A stretch of DNA of 64,000 nt from an uncultured Actinomycetota bacterium (GTDB lineage: Bacteria; Actinomycetota; Actinomycetes; Mycobacteriales; Mycobacteriaceae), in the NCBI GenBank assembly GCA_963733755.1, contig CAVTEZ010000008.1:48328-112327 (forward strand), given 5' to 3'. The notes under the pieces are model-generated. The model saw only the letters and a program-made list of their open reading frames with translations. It did no database searches and was not told the DNA's origin. The position numbers and the translations under genes were made by a program. Below, one piece after another: positions 34,210-47,767 of this stretch. Position 1 is the first letter of the stretch, and every line of letters starts with the position of its first letter.

Positions 34210-35766
34210 GTGAGCACACAACCCGGCTACCTGGCCCCCGCTGTATCCGTCGCCTCCTCGCTGCCCCGTCGCGGCGCCAAATCGGCGGTGTTGATCATTC
34301 CGGTGGTGTCGACGGGGCCCGAAGACGCCAACGACGAGCCGGGTGCGGTCGTCGCCGCTGCTGAACCCTTTTTACCCAAGGACGCGGTCGCCGAAATCGA
34401 GGACGGCTTGCGCGCGCTGAACGCCACCGGCGCCGCCGACCAGGTGCACCGCCTGGTGGTGAAGTCGCTGCCGGTGGCCAGCGTCCTCACCGTAGGCGTC
34501 GGCAAGCAACGCGACGAATGGCCGGCCGACGCGATCCGCCGGGCGGCCGGCTCGGCGGCCCGTGCACTGAGTGGCACCGAGACCGCGATTACCACGCTGG
34601 CCGGGTTGCCCGGTACCGGAGTCCTGGAGGCGGCCGTCGAGGGTCTGGTTCTGGGCGGCTACCGCTTCACCGAGTTCCGCACCGACAAGACCGCACCAAA
34701 AGACCCGGGTCTGCGCAGCATCACCGTGCTGTCCGCCGACAAGGGCGCCAAGACCCAGGCCGCTCACGCTACGGCGGTCGCGACGGCCGTGGCCACCGCC
34801 CGCGACTTGGTCAACACCCCGCCCAGCCATCTGTTCCCGGCTGAATTCGCAAAGCGGGCAAAGACTTTGGGTGAATCGGTTGGCCTCGAGGTTGAGGTGC
34901 TCGACGATAAGGCGCTGCAGAAGCTCGGCTACGGCGGCGTGATCGGGGTCGGCAAAGGCTCGTCGCGGCTGCCGCGGTTGGTGCGGTTGGCCCATCACGG
35001 TTCGAAGCTGGCAAAGAAGCCCAAGCAGGCCAAGAAAGTTGCCCTGGTTGGCAAAGGCGTCACGTTCGACACCGGCGGCATATCGATCAAGCCAGCGGCG
35101 TCGATGCACTACATGACCTCCGACATGGGCGGCGCCGCGGCGGTCATCGCGACCGTGACGCTGGCCGCCCAGCTGGAATTGCCGATCGATGTGATCGCCA
35201 CGGTGCCGATGGCCGAGAACATGCCGTCGTCGACGGCTCAGCGTCCCGGTGACGTGCTGACCCAGTACGGCGGCACGACCGTCGAGGTACTCAACACCGA
35301 CGCCGAGGGTCGGCTGATCCTGGCCGACGCGATTGTCCGCGCCTGCGAGGACCGCCCCGACTATCTGATCGAGACGTCCACGCTGACCGGCGCGCAGACG
35401 GTGGCGCTCGGCTCGCGCACGCCGGGGGTGATGGGTAGCGACGAGTTTCGCGACCGGGTGGCCGCGATCTCGCAGCGGGTCGGCGAGAACGGCTGGCCGA
35501 TGCCGTTGCCGGACGAGCTGAAGGACGACCTGAAGTCGACGGTCGCCGACCTCGCCAACGTCAGCGGCCAACGGTTTGCCGGAATGCTGGTGGCAGGGGT
35601 GTTCTTGAGCGAGTTCGTCGCCGACGGGGTCGATTGGGCGCACATCGATGTCGCTGCGCCGGCCTACAACACCGGTGGCCCTTGGGGTTACACCCCCAAA
35701 GGGGCCACGGGTGTGCCGACTCGCACCATGTTCGCCGTTCTGGAAGACATCGCGGCTAACGGCTAG
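34210..35766 (+). CDS. pepA: Leucyl aminopeptidase (M17; Rv2213-like)
   Basis: [18 protein letters not shown] and NTDAEGRL. Confidence 0.93.
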   Translation: MSTQPGYLAPAVSVASSLPRRGAKSAVLIIPVVSTGPEDANDEPGAVVAAAEPFLPKDAVAEIEDGLRALNATGAADQVHRLVVKSLPVASVLTVGVGKQRDEWPADAIRRAAGSAARALSGTETAITTLAGLPGTGVLEAAVEGLVLGGYRFTEFRTDKTAPKDPGLRSITVLSADKGAKTQAAHATAVATAVATARDLVNTPPSHLFPAEFAKRAKTLGESVGLEVEVLDDKALQKLGYGGVIGVGKGSSRLPRLVRLAHHGSKLAKKPKQAKKVALVGKGVTFDTGGISIKPAASMHYMTSDMGGAAAVIATVTLAAQLELPIDVIATVPMAENMPSSTAQRPGDVLTQYGGTTVEVLNTDAEGRLILADAIVRACEDRPDYLIETSTLTGAQTVALGSRTPGVMGSDEFRDRVAAISQRVGENGWPMPLPDELKDDLKSTVADLANVSGQRFAGMLVAGVFLSEFVADGVDWAHIDVAAPAYNTGGPWGYTPKGATGVPTRTMFAVLEDIAANG

Positions 35767-35773
35767 CGCATGG

Positions 35774-36535
35774 CTAGTGGTAAACCACCGGCCGGTGAAA
35801 CCATCTCATCCTCTGCCGCCAGGAGTGTGCAGAGGTCAGTGCGAAACCGGCTCCGCACATGCAGGCGAACAGCCAGACCAGCCCAGCACCCATCGGACCT
35901 TGGAACGCAGGAATCAGTGCGGTGACGATCCGCACTGCGCAGGCAGAAATGCCGCTGGCCGAGGCGACCAGATAGAGGTTGGCGATATTCCTCGAGCGCG
36001 GGTCCTTGCGCAGCACCAGCAGCGCGCGCGAGCCGAAGATCAGCAGGTAAGAGAGCGTTCCGCAGAGCAGAAGCCAATACACGGACAACCAGAAGTCGGT
36101 GGGTAGCGCAAAGAAATCGCTGGCGAACGTCCTGCTGCCATAGCTGAGCGTGAACGTCGCCAGCAACAGCGGAATGCACAACGTGGCCGGCCGCTCTACC
36201 CACTGCTTGAACGACCTCTGCAGCGCGGCGTCGTCCTCAAGCCGACCAACGGCGTTGTAGACGATCGCCGAGGCCGCCACGATGTAGCAGTCGTGCCCGA
36301 CGTAGTTCTGCAGGTTCCACTCGCCGGTGATGTTGTGCAGGGCGACGCCCAGGGTGTGCGAGGCGAATGGCGACATCAACGTGACCGCTAATCCCTGCAG
36401 AGTGATGTTGAGCGTCGCGGCGACTTCCCACCGGCAGTGCCAGGTGACTCGCCGGATCCAGAGACTCCACCCGACGGATGCGAGTGTGACGATGATGAGA
36501 AAGCTAAGTGCCACGGCAATACCCCAGAGAGCCAA
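35774..36535 (-). CDS. Multi-pass (about 7 TM) membrane protein downstream of an HTH regulator
   Basis: WIRRVTWHCRWEVAATLN...GHDC...DFW..YW. It starts 4 bp after the HTH gene stop. Confidence 0.72.
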   Translation of the reverse strand: MALWGIAVALSFLIIVTLASVGWSLWIRRVTWHCRWEVAATLNITLQGLAVTLMSPFASHTLGVALHNITGEWNLQNYVGHDCYIVAASAIVYNAVGRLEDDAALQRSFKQWVERPATLCIPLLLATFTLSYGSRTFASDFFALPTDFWLSVYWLLLCGTLSYLLIFGSRALLVLRKDPRSRNIANLYLVASASGISACAVRIVTALIPAFQGPMGAGLVWLFACMCGAGFALTSAHSWRQRMRWFHRPVVYH

Positions 36536-36539
36536 AGAT

Positions 36540-36908
36540 TTACAGCGGAGGGGCGTCCGAGCGCGGCCGCCATTCCGCGATCTTCGTCGGTTGCTGAAGT
36601 GTCTTCACGCTGCCAGCGCTCGCCACGGCATGCATCGTGCTGCCGCCGCGAATCTCTTCAGCCAGCGCGGTGACCTCTTCCGGCTCAATGAACCGGTAGC
36701 GGGTCAGCAACTCGGCGCGGTTGATGCCGAGATTGGCCGCGGCGACCCGCAAATTATCGGCGGTAATCAGGGTCCCCTTGTCCAACTGGTCGTAGTAAGT
36801 GGAGCGCGGGAGCTCCATCGCCGTCCAGATCTCTTCCCTACTCAGGGAACGACCGGCCAGGTAGGAGAGCACGGTGGCAAGTTCCTTGCCGCTGTCATCG
36901 GGGTACAC
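36540..36908 (-). CDS. XRE/phage-repressor-like HTH protein
   Basis: LSREEIWTAMELPRSTYYDQL helix-turn-helix plus NL..AAANLGIN..ELL.RY; GTG start at 36908 inferred. Confidence 0.72.
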   Translation of the reverse strand: MYPDDSGKELATVLSYLAGRSLSREEIWTAMELPRSTYYDQLDKGTLITADNLRVAAANLGINRAELLTRYRFIEPEEVTALAEEIRGGSTMHAVASAGSVKTLQQPTKIAEWRPRSDAPPL

Positions 36909-37236
36909 GACGAACAAGATATCCAGTTTTTCGGCTTTTCGAAATCCGAATTGCGTTAAATGCCGATTGCTTCGGGCTTTTGTGGTGAAACACATCCGCC
37001 GACCTGGAGATTAAGTCCAACTAATCGGACTTTCTCCGGCAATCGGCGGGTGCCGTGGCGAGGTGGCCCTTACGCCGACAGAACCCAGTTGCCACCGCTT
37101 GCCCTGGTTGTGTGCGGGCGGCGCCGCAGTGACAGGATGGTTTCGGTAATTAGGGGTGCAGCTCGGATACACCACGCTGTGGTAAGCCAGATGTCGACGC
37201 GCGCCCACCGACCGATCGATCGAGGAGTCGACAGAG

Positions 37237-39003
37237 ATGGCCTTCTCAGTTCAGATGCCGGCACTCGGTGAAAGCGTGACTGAGGGAACCGTCACTCGCT
37301 GGCTCAAGCAAGAAGGCGACACCGTCGAGATCGACGAGCCTTTGCTGGAGGTGTCCACCGACAAGGTCGACACCGAAATCCCTTCGCCCGCAGCGGGTGT
37401 GCTCACCAAGATCGTCGCCCATGAAGACGACACCGTCGAGGTCGGCGGCGAGCTGGCCGTCATCGGCGACGGGGCGGAAGGCACCCAGGTAGGCGCCGAA
37501 CAGCCCGCCGAACAGCCTGCCGCGCAAGCCGCACCAGAACCCCAACCGGAGCCGCAGACCACGCCCGCACCCGAGCCGCGGCCGCAGTCCGCGCCCGAGG
37601 CGCCCGCCGCCAGTGCAGCCGGCGCGTCTGGAGATTCGCAGCCGGTGTTGATGCCCGAGCTCGGCGAGTCCGTCACCGAGGGCACCGTGACGCGCTGGCT
37701 GAAGAAGGTCGGCGACGCGGTCGACGTGGACGAGCCGCTCGTCGAGGTCTCGACCGACAAGGTCGACACCGAGATCCCGTCGCCGGTCGCGGGCACCCTG
37801 ATCAGCATCACCGCCGAGGAGGACGTGACGGTCTCGGTCGGCGGCGAGCTGGCCCGAATCGGCACCGGTGCCACCACAGCTGCCCCCGCACCGGCACCGG
37901 AGCCACCGGCTCCACCCGCGCCACCCGCCCCGTCGGCGCCCGAACCGAAGCCCGAACCCGCGGCGAAGCCCGAGCCGACGCCCGTACCTCAGGCCGCACC
38001 CGAGCCGGCGCCGCAGCCGGTGGCCGATTCCGCCCCGGCGGCCGGTTCGACAGGCGGTCCATACGTCACTCCCCTGGTGCGAAAGCTGGCCGCCGAGAAC
38101 AACATTGATCTCAGCTCGCTGAACGGAACCGGAGTCGGCGGGCGCATCCGCAAACAGGATGTGTTGTCCGCCGCTCAACAGAAGCAAGAAGCAGCGAAAG
38201 CCCCGGCGCCCGCGCCCGCCGCCCAGGCGCCGTCCGCCCCGAAGGCAAGCGCGCCGACGCCCGCACCTGCGCTGGCCCATCTGCGCGGAACCACGCAGAA
38301 GGCCAGTCGGATCCGCCAGATCACCGCCAATAAAACCCGGGAATCGCTGCAGGCGACCGCGCAGCTCACGCAGACCCACGAGGTCGACATGACCCGGATC
38401 GTCGCATTGCGGGAGAAGGCCAAAGTGGCATTCGCTGAACGCGAGGGCGTGAACCTGACCTTCCTGCCGTTCATCGCACGCGCCGCGATCGACGCGCTCA
38501 AGATCCACCCGAACATCAACGCCAGCTACAACGAAGGCACCAAGGAGATCACCTACTACGACGCCGAGCATCTTGGCTTCGCGGTCGACACCGACCAGGG
38601 TCTGCTCTCCCCCGTCGTCCACAATGCCGGCGACCTGTCGCTGGCCGGGCTGGCGCGGGCAATCGCCGACATCGCGGCCCGCGCGCGGTCGGGCGACCTC
38701 AAGCCCGACGAGCTGTCCGGCGGAACCTTCACCATCACCAACATCGGCAGCCAGGGTGCGCTGTTCGACACCCCCATCCTGGTGCCGCCACAGGCGGCCA
38801 TGCTGGGCACCGGGGCAATCGTCAAACGACCCCGGGTCGTCGTCGACGAAACTGGCAACGAGTCGATCGGGGTCCGGTCGATCTGCTACCTGCCGCTGAC
38901 CTACGACCACCGGTTGATCGACGGCGCCGACGCCGGACGGTTCCTGACCACCATCAGGCATCGGCTCGAAGAAGGCGCATTCGAGGCCGATCTCGGTCTC
39001 TAG
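37237..39003 (+). CDS. dlaT: Dihydrolipoamide acyltransferase E2 with two lipoyl domains
   Basis: Two VSTDKVDTE lipoyl motifs, E3-binding domain, catalytic DHRLIDG. Confidence 0.95.
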   Translation: MAFSVQMPALGESVTEGTVTRWLKQEGDTVEIDEPLLEVSTDKVDTEIPSPAAGVLTKIVAHEDDTVEVGGELAVIGDGAEGTQVGAEQPAEQPAAQAAPEPQPEPQTTPAPEPRPQSAPEAPAASAAGASGDSQPVLMPELGESVTEGTVTRWLKKVGDAVDVDEPLVEVSTDKVDTEIPSPVAGTLISITAEEDVTVSVGGELARIGTGATTAAPAPAPEPPAPPAPPAPSAPEPKPEPAAKPEPTPVPQAAPEPAPQPVADSAPAAGSTGGPYVTPLVRKLAAENNIDLSSLNGTGVGGRIRKQDVLSAAQQKQEAAKAPAPAPAAQAPSAPKASAPTPAPALAHLRGTTQKASRIRQITANKTRESLQATAQLTQTHEVDMTRIVALREKAKVAFAEREGVNLTFLPFIARAAIDALKIHPNINASYNEGTKEITYYDAEHLGFAVDTDQGLLSPVVHNAGDLSLAGLARAIADIAARARSGDLKPDELSGGTFTITNIGSQGALFDTPILVPPQAAMLGTGAIVKRPRVVVDETGNESIGVRSICYLPLTYDHRLIDGADAGRFLTTIRHRLEEGAFEADLGL

Positions 39004-39016
39004 GAAGGCGTGAATC

Positions 39017-39925
39017 GTGGCCACTACCGTCGCGATCGCTGGCTCGTCCGGCTTGATCGGTTCGGCTCTGGTCACGGCGCTGCGTACCGCAGACCACCAC
39101 GTGTTGCGCATCGTGCGCCGGACACCGGCGAATGCCGGCGAGCTGCACTGGGATCCCGACAGCGGCGAACTCGACACCGGCGCACTGCAGGGCGTCGACG
39201 CTGTAGTGAACCTGTGCGGCATCAACATCGGGCAGCGACGCTGGTCGGGTGCCTTCAAGCAGAACCTCCGCGACAGCCGGATCACCCCGACCGAAGTGTT
39301 GTCAACGGCTGTTGCCGACGCGGGCGTGGGAGTGCTCGTCAACGCCAGCGCGGTCGGCTACTACGGAGACACCAAAGATCACGCAGTCGACGAAACCGCT
39401 TCGCCGGGAACGGGTTTCCTGGCCCAGCTGTGCAAGGACTGGGAGGCGGTCACCGCGCCCGCCCGGGACGCCGGCACGCGAGTAGTGCTGGCCCGCACCG
39501 GCGTAGTGCTGGCAGCTTCCGGTGGTGCGCTGCGCCAGTTACGGCCGCTGTTCTCGGTGGGCCTCGGAGCCCGACTGGGCAACGGCCGCCAGTACATGTC
39601 GTGGATCAGCCTCGAGGACACGGTGCGGGCGTTGCAGTGCGCGATCTCCGACAACCGGCTCTCCGGGCCGGTGAACGTGACCGGACCGGCGCCCGTCACC
39701 AATGCGCAATTCACCGTGGCCCTGGGCCAAACGGTCGATCGGGCCACCCCGCTGATGGTGCCGGGCTTCGCGGTGCGCGCCGCGCTCGGCGAGTTCGCCG
39801 AAGAGACCCTGTTGAGCGGGCAACGTGCGATTCCCGCGGTGCTGGAACGGGCCGGTTTCGAGTTCCACCACAACACCGTCGGTGAGGCACTGCGGTACGC
39901 CACCGCATCGCGCGACGTCGCCTAG
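39017..39925 (+). CDS. TIGR01777-type NAD-dependent epimerase (Rv2216-like)
   Basis: [15 protein letters not shown] and G.Q...WI. Confidence 0.85.
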   Translation: MATTVAIAGSSGLIGSALVTALRTADHHVLRIVRRTPANAGELHWDPDSGELDTGALQGVDAVVNLCGINIGQRRWSGAFKQNLRDSRITPTEVLSTAVADAGVGVLVNASAVGYYGDTKDHAVDETASPGTGFLAQLCKDWEAVTAPARDAGTRVVLARTGVVLAASGGALRQLRPLFSVGLGARLGNGRQYMSWISLEDTVRALQCAISDNRLSGPVNVTGPAPVTNAQFTVALGQTVDRATPLMVPGFAVRAALGEFAEETLLSGQRAIPAVLERAGFEFHHNTVGEALRYATASRDVA

Positions 39926-39969
39926 TGCCTGCCAGGTTGTCGCCAGGTTCTAGTTGTAACGTCGGTGAC

Positions 39970-40722
39970 GTGAGTTCGATCCGCTCGAGCGCCGCCCCGA
40001 TAGACGTCCGACAGATGGACACCGTGGACTACCGCGTCGCCTGGCAGTTGCAGCATGAGTTGGCCGCCGCCCGCACCACCGGCAGCACCGACACGCTGCT
40101 CTTGCTCGAACACCCGTCGGTTTATACCGCCGGCCGGCGTACTGCAGCGCACGAGCGACCCTTCGACGACACACCCGTCGTTGACACCGACCGTGGCGGC
40201 AAGATCACCTGGCACGGGCCGGGTCAGCTGGTCGGCTACCCGATCATCGGGCTGGCCGAGCCGCTCGATGTGGTCAATTACGTTCGGCGCATCGAGGAAT
40301 CACTGATCAAGGTGTGCACCGATGTGGGCATCCGGGTCGGCCGCGTCGACGGCCGCTCCGGAGTGTGGGTGCCGGCGGGCGGCGGTCGACCGGCGCGCAA
40401 ACTCGCGGCCATCGGGGTGCGGGTGTCGCGGGCGACGACGATGCACGGGTTCGCGCTCAACTGCGACTGCGATCTCGGAGCGTTCGAGACGATTGTCCCG
40501 TGCGGTATCAGCGACGCCGGCGTGACGTCGATATCGGCCGAACTGGGCCACCGGGTCGGGGTCGGGGACGTCCGGGCGGCGGTCGCCGAAGCGGTCTGCG
40601 ACGCGCTGGATGGCCGGCTGCCGGTTACCTCGGCCCCTTGCCCGGTTCCTCGGCCCGCCGTTCCGGCGCGCGTCGTCACCGGGCGGCAGCACACCGCCGC
40701 CCGCGTAGCATCGACGTCGTGA
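39970..40722 (+). CDS. lipB: Lipoyl(octanoyl) transferase
   Basis: [23 protein letters not shown] and HGFALNC. Confidence 0.92.
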   Translation: MSSIRSSAAPIDVRQMDTVDYRVAWQLQHELAAARTTGSTDTLLLLEHPSVYTAGRRTAAHERPFDDTPVVDTDRGGKITWHGPGQLVGYPIIGLAEPLDVVNYVRRIEESLIKVCTDVGIRVGRVDGRSGVWVPAGGGRPARKLAAIGVRVSRATTMHGFALNCDCDLGAFETIVPCGISDAGVTSISAELGHRVGVGDVRAAVAEAVCDALDGRLPVTSAPCPVPRPAVPARVVTGRQHTAARVASTS

Positions 40723-41678
40723 CCGTTGCCCCCGAAGGTCGAAAACTTCTGCGTCTGGAAGTACGCAACGCACAAACCCCGATCGAGCGAAAGCCGCCGT
40801 GGATCAGAACCCGGCTGCGGATGGGCCCGGAGTACACCGAGCTGAAGAAGCTTGTTCGCCGTGAAGGTCTGCACACCGTGTGCGAGGAGGCCGGCTGCCC
40901 CAACATCTATGAATGCTGGGAAGACCGCGAGGCCACCTTCCTGATCGGCGGCGACGTGTGTAGCCGCCGCTGCGACTTCTGCCAGATCGACACCGGCAGG
41001 CCGGCGCCGCTGGACCGCGACGAACCACGACGCGTCGCCGAGAGCGTGCAGGCGATGAGTCTGCGGTACTCCACGGTGACCGGCGTTGCGCGCGACGACC
41101 TGCCCGACGGCGGTGCCTGGCTGTACGCCGAGACCGTGCGCGCCATCAAGGAGCTCAATCCGTCGACCGGTGTGGAACTGCTGATCCCCGACTTCAACGG
41201 CGATGGCGGTCAGCTGCGGCAGGTCTTCGAATCCCGGCCGGAAGTGCTGGCCCACAACGTCGAAACCGTGCCACGGATCTTCAAGCGCATTCGTCCGGCT
41301 TTCACCTACCGGCGAAGCCTCGACGTGCTCACCGCGGCAAGGGATTTCGGGCTGGTCACCAAGAGCAACCTCATCCTCGGGATGGGCGAGACACCCGACG
41401 AGGTGCGCGCCGCGCTGACCGATCTGCACGGGGCCGGGTGCGACATCGTCACGATCACCCAGTACCTGCGCCCTTCGGCGCGGCATCATCCGGTCGAGCG
41501 ATGGGTCCACCCCGACGAGTTCGTCGAGCACGCGGAGTTTGCCGAGCAGCTGGGATTCGCCGGGGTGCTGGCCGGTCCGCTGGTGCGCTCGTCGTATCGG
41601 GCCGGACGGCTGTACCAACAGGCCAGCCAGCGACGGCAAGAGACGCCGACCGCGCAGCCGGGCTTAGGCCGGCTTTAA
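40719..41678 (+). CDS. lipA: Lipoyl synthase
   Basis: [20 protein letters not shown] and RSSY. Confidence 0.94.
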   Translation: MTVAPEGRKLLRLEVRNAQTPIERKPPWIRTRLRMGPEYTELKKLVRREGLHTVCEEAGCPNIYECWEDREATFLIGGDVCSRRCDFCQIDTGRPAPLDRDEPRRVAESVQAMSLRYSTVTGVARDDLPDGGAWLYAETVRAIKELNPSTGVELLIPDFNGDGGQLRQVFESRPEVLAHNVETVPRIFKRIRPAFTYRRSLDVLTAARDFGLVTKSNLILGMGETPDEVRAALTDLHGAGCDIVTITQYLRPSARHHPVERWVHPDEFVEHAEFAEQLGFAGVLAGPLVRSSYRAGRLYQQASQRRQETPTAQPGLGRL

Positions 41679-41693
41679 GTATTCTTGGCGATT

Positions 41694-42446
41694 ATGGCCA
41701 AACCCCGCGATGCCAAGGCGAACAAGGCCGCCCGAGCCGAGGCGAAAGCCACGCGCAAGGCGGCCGCCAAAGAGCGCCGTAGTCAACTCTGGCAGGCGTT
41801 CAACATTCAGCGCCAAGAGGACAAGCGGCTGCTGCCCTACATGATCGGCGCATTCGTGCTGATCGTGGCCATCGCCGTGGCGATCGGGGTGTGGTCCGGC
41901 GGATTCGCCCTGATCTCGATGCCTGCGTTGGGTGTTGTGCTGGGCACCTTGGTGGCGTTCATCATCTTCGGCCGGCGCGCGCAGCGATCGGTGTACCGCA
42001 AGGCCGAGGGTCAAACCGGTGCGGCTGCCTGGGCGCTGGAAAACCTGCGCGGCAAGTGGCGCGTCACCCCCGGGGTGGCCGCCACGGGGCACTTCGACGC
42101 CGTGCACCGGGTGCTCGGCCGGCCCGGCGTCATCCTGGTCGGCGAGGGGTCGGCGAGCCGGGTCAAGCCGCTACTTGCCCAGGAGAAGAAACGCACCGCC
42201 AGGCTGATCGGCGACGTCCCGATCTACGACATCGTCGTCGGCAACGGCGACGGCGAGGTTCCGCTCGCCAAGCTGGAGCGCCACTTGACCAAACTGCCGA
42301 CCAACATCACCGTCAAGCAGATGGACTCGCTCGAGTCGCGGCTGAGCGCACTGGGTTCGCGGGCCGGGACCGCCGCGATGCCCAAGGGCCCGATACCCGG
42401 CAATGCCAAGATGCGCGGGGTCCAGCGCACCGTGCGCCGCCGCTAG
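41694..42446 (+). CDS. DUF4191-type membrane protein (Rv2219-like)
   Basis: Two TM segments, GQTGAAAWAL and HRVLGRPGV.LVGEG; synteny. Confidence 0.78.
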   Translation: MAKPRDAKANKAARAEAKATRKAAAKERRSQLWQAFNIQRQEDKRLLPYMIGAFVLIVAIAVAIGVWSGGFALISMPALGVVLGTLVAFIIFGRRAQRSVYRKAEGQTGAAAWALENLRGKWRVTPGVAATGHFDAVHRVLGRPGVILVGEGSASRVKPLLAQEKKRTARLIGDVPIYDIVVGNGDGEVPLAKLERHLTKLPTNITVKQMDSLESRLSALGSRAGTAAMPKGPIPGNAKMRGVQRTVRRR

Positions 42447-42454
42447 ACCAGTAG

Positions 42455-42940
42455 TCAGCGCCGCACGACGGCGGTGCCGGTAACGCGGTCTTGGATCCCC
42501 CGCCCGTCGACGTCGACGAACAACGCGGGTATGACGAACGCGATCATCAACCCGCGCGCCGCTGCCCGGCCCAGTCCGACGTGCAGCCGCTCGTCGACGG
42601 ATGCCACCCGCAGGCCCAACGCCAGCTGGCCCGGGGTGAACTCGAACAACCGAACGGCCACGATTCCGAGCACTAGCCAGATCACCAGGACGATGGCGGC
42701 ACCGGCTTTGCCGTAGAGGAACTGCTGGCTAGTCATCAGGCCAAAGGTGACCGTCAGACGTGCCAAGCCGTAGGCAATAGACCAGTCAACGATCAATGCC
42801 ACCAACCGCCGGCCTAAGCCGGCCAGCGATCCGGGTCCCTGCTCGGGCAGGCCGAGCGACTGGCCGGGATACCCCTGCGACTGTTCCGAATCGCCGGACT
42901 CGTGGCCGGATCGCGGGGGGCGGTTGCTGCGGGTCATCAC
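42455..42940 (-). CDS. RDD family membrane protein (Rv2219A-like)
   Basis: GRRLVALIVDW, TPGQLALGLRV and RGIQDR. Confidence 0.85.
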   Translation of the reverse strand: MMTRSNRPPRSGHESGDSEQSQGYPGQSLGLPEQGPGSLAGLGRRLVALIVDWSIAYGLARLTVTFGLMTSQQFLYGKAGAAIVLVIWLVLGIVAVRLFEFTPGQLALGLRVASVDERLHVGLGRAAARGLMIAFVIPALFVDVDGRGIQDRVTGTAVVRR

Positions 42941-42991
42941 CCCACAATAAGGTCAGTTCAGGCCAGACTCAGCGGCAGAACGTGGTGCCAC

Positions 42992-43007
42992 GTAACGTCG
43001 ACGTAAC
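42992..43007 (+). promoter_or_regulatory. GlnR box upstream of glnA1
   Basis: GTAAC-gtcgac-GTAAC fits the GTNAC-N6-GTNAC consensus. glnA1 is a known GlnR target. Confidence 0.7.
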
Positions 43008-43133
43008 ACAGGGTTTGACTCAGGCGGCACCGCGTCCTTAGCGTCTGGTCGGGCTTTCAATTACGGCCGCGTAAAGGAAAGCTCATCAGCGACCACAAGT
43101 GTTTCCAAGCTCGCAGCAAAGGAGAGCGCCTCG

Positions 43134-44570
<1,437 letters not shown>

Positions 44571-44681
44571 GCCAGCGAACCCCCTGGCCTGCGGCGCAGC
44601 TACAGGTCACGGGCGGGGGGACCGCAGTGGGACCGCAGGAGGTTTCGGCGCCCGCCAGCCGCGCCTTGATCACCACGTCGA

Positions 44682-44856
44682 CGCGCTCGCGGGCAGTCGA
44701 TTGGTCGGCCCAAGGCGCTTGACGCAGTCGAAAACGGCTCTGGCTGAGCGCATGCACACGAGTGGTGAGTCGGCGAGCACGATTGCCAACACCCTCGGCG
44801 TGAGCCGGGCGACGGTGTACCGCGTCTTGGCCGAACAGGCTGCTGAAGGCGATTGA
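44682..44856 (+). pseudogene. C-terminal remnant of a serine resolvase/invertase
   Basis: RARGQSIGRPKAL, +1 shift, then RMHTSGESASTIANTLGVSRATVYRVL* (Hin-type HTH). There is no catalytic domain upstream. Confidence 0.7.
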
Positions 44857-44901
44857 GAGGATGCTGCGCCGCTATCGCGTTGGACACGCGACTCGCGCGA
44901 T

Positions 44902-47580
44902 TCAACTGGGGTGTTCGAGTTCTGTTCGGGCCTGGTCGATTTGGTCGTAGGCGTAGATCGCCATGGCGGCGGTGGTCATCGTTTCACCCTTGCGGGCGAG
45001 CGATTCGTAGGTCGCCTCGCCGAGGACATCGCGGAGGTGGGTGATCGCGGTGGTGATTTCGGGGACCCCCGCCGCGGACGAAAGGACTGAGCGCGAACCC
45101 GGCGATGGTGGCCGCCGGTTCGTAGCGTCCGAGCCGGTCGAAAAGAACGGCGAGGACGGCCAGCGGGACGCGGATCGTGGTGGTGTTGCCCGCATTGTGG
45201 AAGCCGCGGATCGCCAGAGTGAGGTGATCGAACGCGGTCAGCGGGTCGCCGTGTTCGGCCTCAAGTCGTGCCAGAACGGTCGCCAGGACTGACGCGATGG
45301 CAGCGGTTGCCGCTGTCTTGAGCGATCACCAGACCCCGGCCGAGGGCGTCCAGCGCCCCGACGGGATCCGCGTCACGGAAAGCCACACCGTAGGCAGCGA
45401 GCGCCCACGCGAGCCAACGGGTTGCCTGTTGCCTCGGCAGCCTCGATGAGGCCATCCGCGGAATCCATCGCCTCCCCACCGGAACCGGCCAATGCAAGGG
45501 CGACAACCAGCCATGCCCGGATGTGGACGTGGGTGTCGCGGCGGCGTGCGAGCTGGGCGCGGCACAACTCGGCCAACCGCTCGGGCTGCCCGATGGCTAG
45601 GTATACAGAGTCCAAGCCGGCTTCGATGCCGTACGGCAGCGCATCGCGGCTGCCTGCCGAGAACGATCTGACCGGCTTCGCTGTAGCCGACAGCCGCCTC
45701 GATCCGTCCGGTCGAGTAGCACAGCGACGCAATCACATACAGGAACGCCAGCCGCGGGTGGTCGGCGGCGCGGGCGGGCTCGATCAGCTCTTCAGCCCAG
45801 GCGATCGGCTCAGAGGGTTTGGACCGCAACGCCGAGCCACCCCGCATAGGTGGCGATGGTGGCGGCGACGTCCAGATCGCCGTGGTCGGCGGCCCAGCGA
45901 AACGCGGTGCGCAGATTGGCGAGTTCGATGGTGAACCAGTCGTAGGCCTCACGCTGGCGGGGGCTGTCCCACAGGGCCAGGATGTCGGCTTCGCGCCCGG
46001 CGAAGTAGCGCGAGTGGGCGGCCCGAATCTCGGATGCTTCGCCGCGGGCGACGAGTTGCTCCTCGGCGAACTGGCGGATCGTCTCCAGCATCGAAAACCG
46101 GGTCCGCCCCGAAGACCGGTCGGCGACCAGCAGCGACTTACGCACCAGGGCATCGAGCAGATCCAGGGTGGCGAACGTCAGTCATCGGAACCCATGCGAC
46201 CGCGCAGGCGCTTTGGAGGTCGAATCCCCCGGCGAACACCGAACACCGATCCAGCAGCGCCTTCTCGGCGTCGTCGAGCAGGTCATAGGACCACGCCACC
46301 GCGTGGCGCAGGGTTTGGTGGCGTGCCAGGCCGCGCCGGGAGCCGACCAGCAGCCGGAACCGCTGATCGAGACGATCACGCACCTCGCTGGCGGTCATCG
46401 ACGCCATCCGAGAGGCCGCCAACTCGATGGCCAACGGGATCCCGTCGAGGCGACGACAGATCTCCACCACCGCGGCCGCCTCACCGGGCGTCGGCGACGG
46501 AGAAGCGCGGCGAAACACGCTGTGGGCGCGTTCGATGAACAGGTTCACCGCGGCGGAGTCGATTCCGGCGTCGACATCGAGCGACGGTACCGGCCATAAC
46601 TGTTCGTCGGTGACCCCCAGTCCTTCGCGGCTGGTCGCGAGGATCTTTACGGTCGCCGAGGCGCGAGGATCGCCTCGATCAGATCGGCGGCGGCGTCGAC
46701 GCACGTGCTCGCAGTTGTCGAACACCAGCAGCCGCGACTCTGCCCTCCAAGGCGGAGGCCACCGACTCGGTCACTGTCTTACCCGGTTGCTGGGTGATGC
46801 CCAGCACCGCCGCGACGGCGTCGGGTACCGCCGCCGGATCGGTGACTGCGGCCAGCTCGAAAAACCAGACCCCGTCGGGAAACTCATCGGCCAGCCGCGC
46901 CGCGACTTCCAGCGCCAGGCGGGTCTTGCCGACCCCACCTACCCCGGTCAGCGTGACCAACCGATGAGCTTTCACCACCGCTTGCAGCTCGGCGACCTCG
47001 GACTCACGCCCGATGAAGCTCGTGGTCGCAGGCCGCAGGTTCCCCGGACTCGCATCCAGCGCCCGCAACGGCGGAAAGTCCGTGCGTAGGCCGTCGGCTT
47101 GGACCTGGAACACCCCAACCGGGGTCGGCAGATCCCGCAACCGGCGCGGCCCCAGATCCACCAGATCAACGCCACTGAGCAGACCCGCCGTCGACTCGGC
47201 CAGCAGGATCTGACCACCATGCCCGGCGGCCATCACCCGCGCCGCACGATTCAGCACCGCACCGAAGTAATCCCCACCCGCAGCTCGGCCTCGCCGGTCG
47301 CCAGCCCCATCCGCACCGGCAACTCCAGCGCCCGCTGCGCGGCCACCGCCGCATCCACCGCCGAACCCGGCGAGGCGAACGCAGCGCACACCCCGTCCCC
47401 GGTGTGCTTGAACAACCAGCCGCCGTGCGCCTCAATCGCCCCGCGCAATACCTCGTCGTGGGCGGCCAGCGCCAACCGCATCTCGTCCGCGTCGGCTTCC
47501 CACCGACGGGTCGAACCCTCAACGTCGGTGAACAAAAACGTCACCACCCCCGAAGGAGCAGTCGCCGCAGGCGCGGACAC
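44902..47580 (-). pseudogene. Adenylate-cyclase-like + STAND NTPase + helical-repeat regulator, multiply frameshifted, no LuxR tail
   Basis: Fragments in shifting frames: TFLFTDVEGST, GGVGKTRLA, FDNCEH, LDGIPLAIELAA, HQTLRHAVAWSY, RFSMLETIRQF. Confidence 0.8.
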
Positions 47581-47647
47581 CCCCGCAGAATCTCACAAAC
47601 AGACGCGCTCCCACCTCGCACATCGGCGGAATCCGGCCCCGGACCAA

Positions 47648-47767
47648 CTGCTGGTGCAGGCTCACGGCGATGCCGCGGCGTACACGGATCTCCGGGATCG
47701 CTACCGCGACATCGCGAAAACGCTTGGCTTCGAGGGGCATATCGACTGGGCCGAGGCGATGCCGTAA
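47648..47767 (+). pseudogene. C-terminal remnant of another mycobacterial cyclase/ATPase gene
   Basis: LLVQAHGDAAAYTDLRDRYRDIAKTLGFEGHIDWAEAMP* resembles a recurring C-terminus of that family (from memory). Confidence 0.5.

Noticed and set aside
37246-39342. Long overlapping alternative-frame ORFs across core genes, for example 698 aa antisense to dlaT
   Set aside because: These are an expected artefact of stop-codon scarcity at high GC. The motif-bearing frame explains the region.
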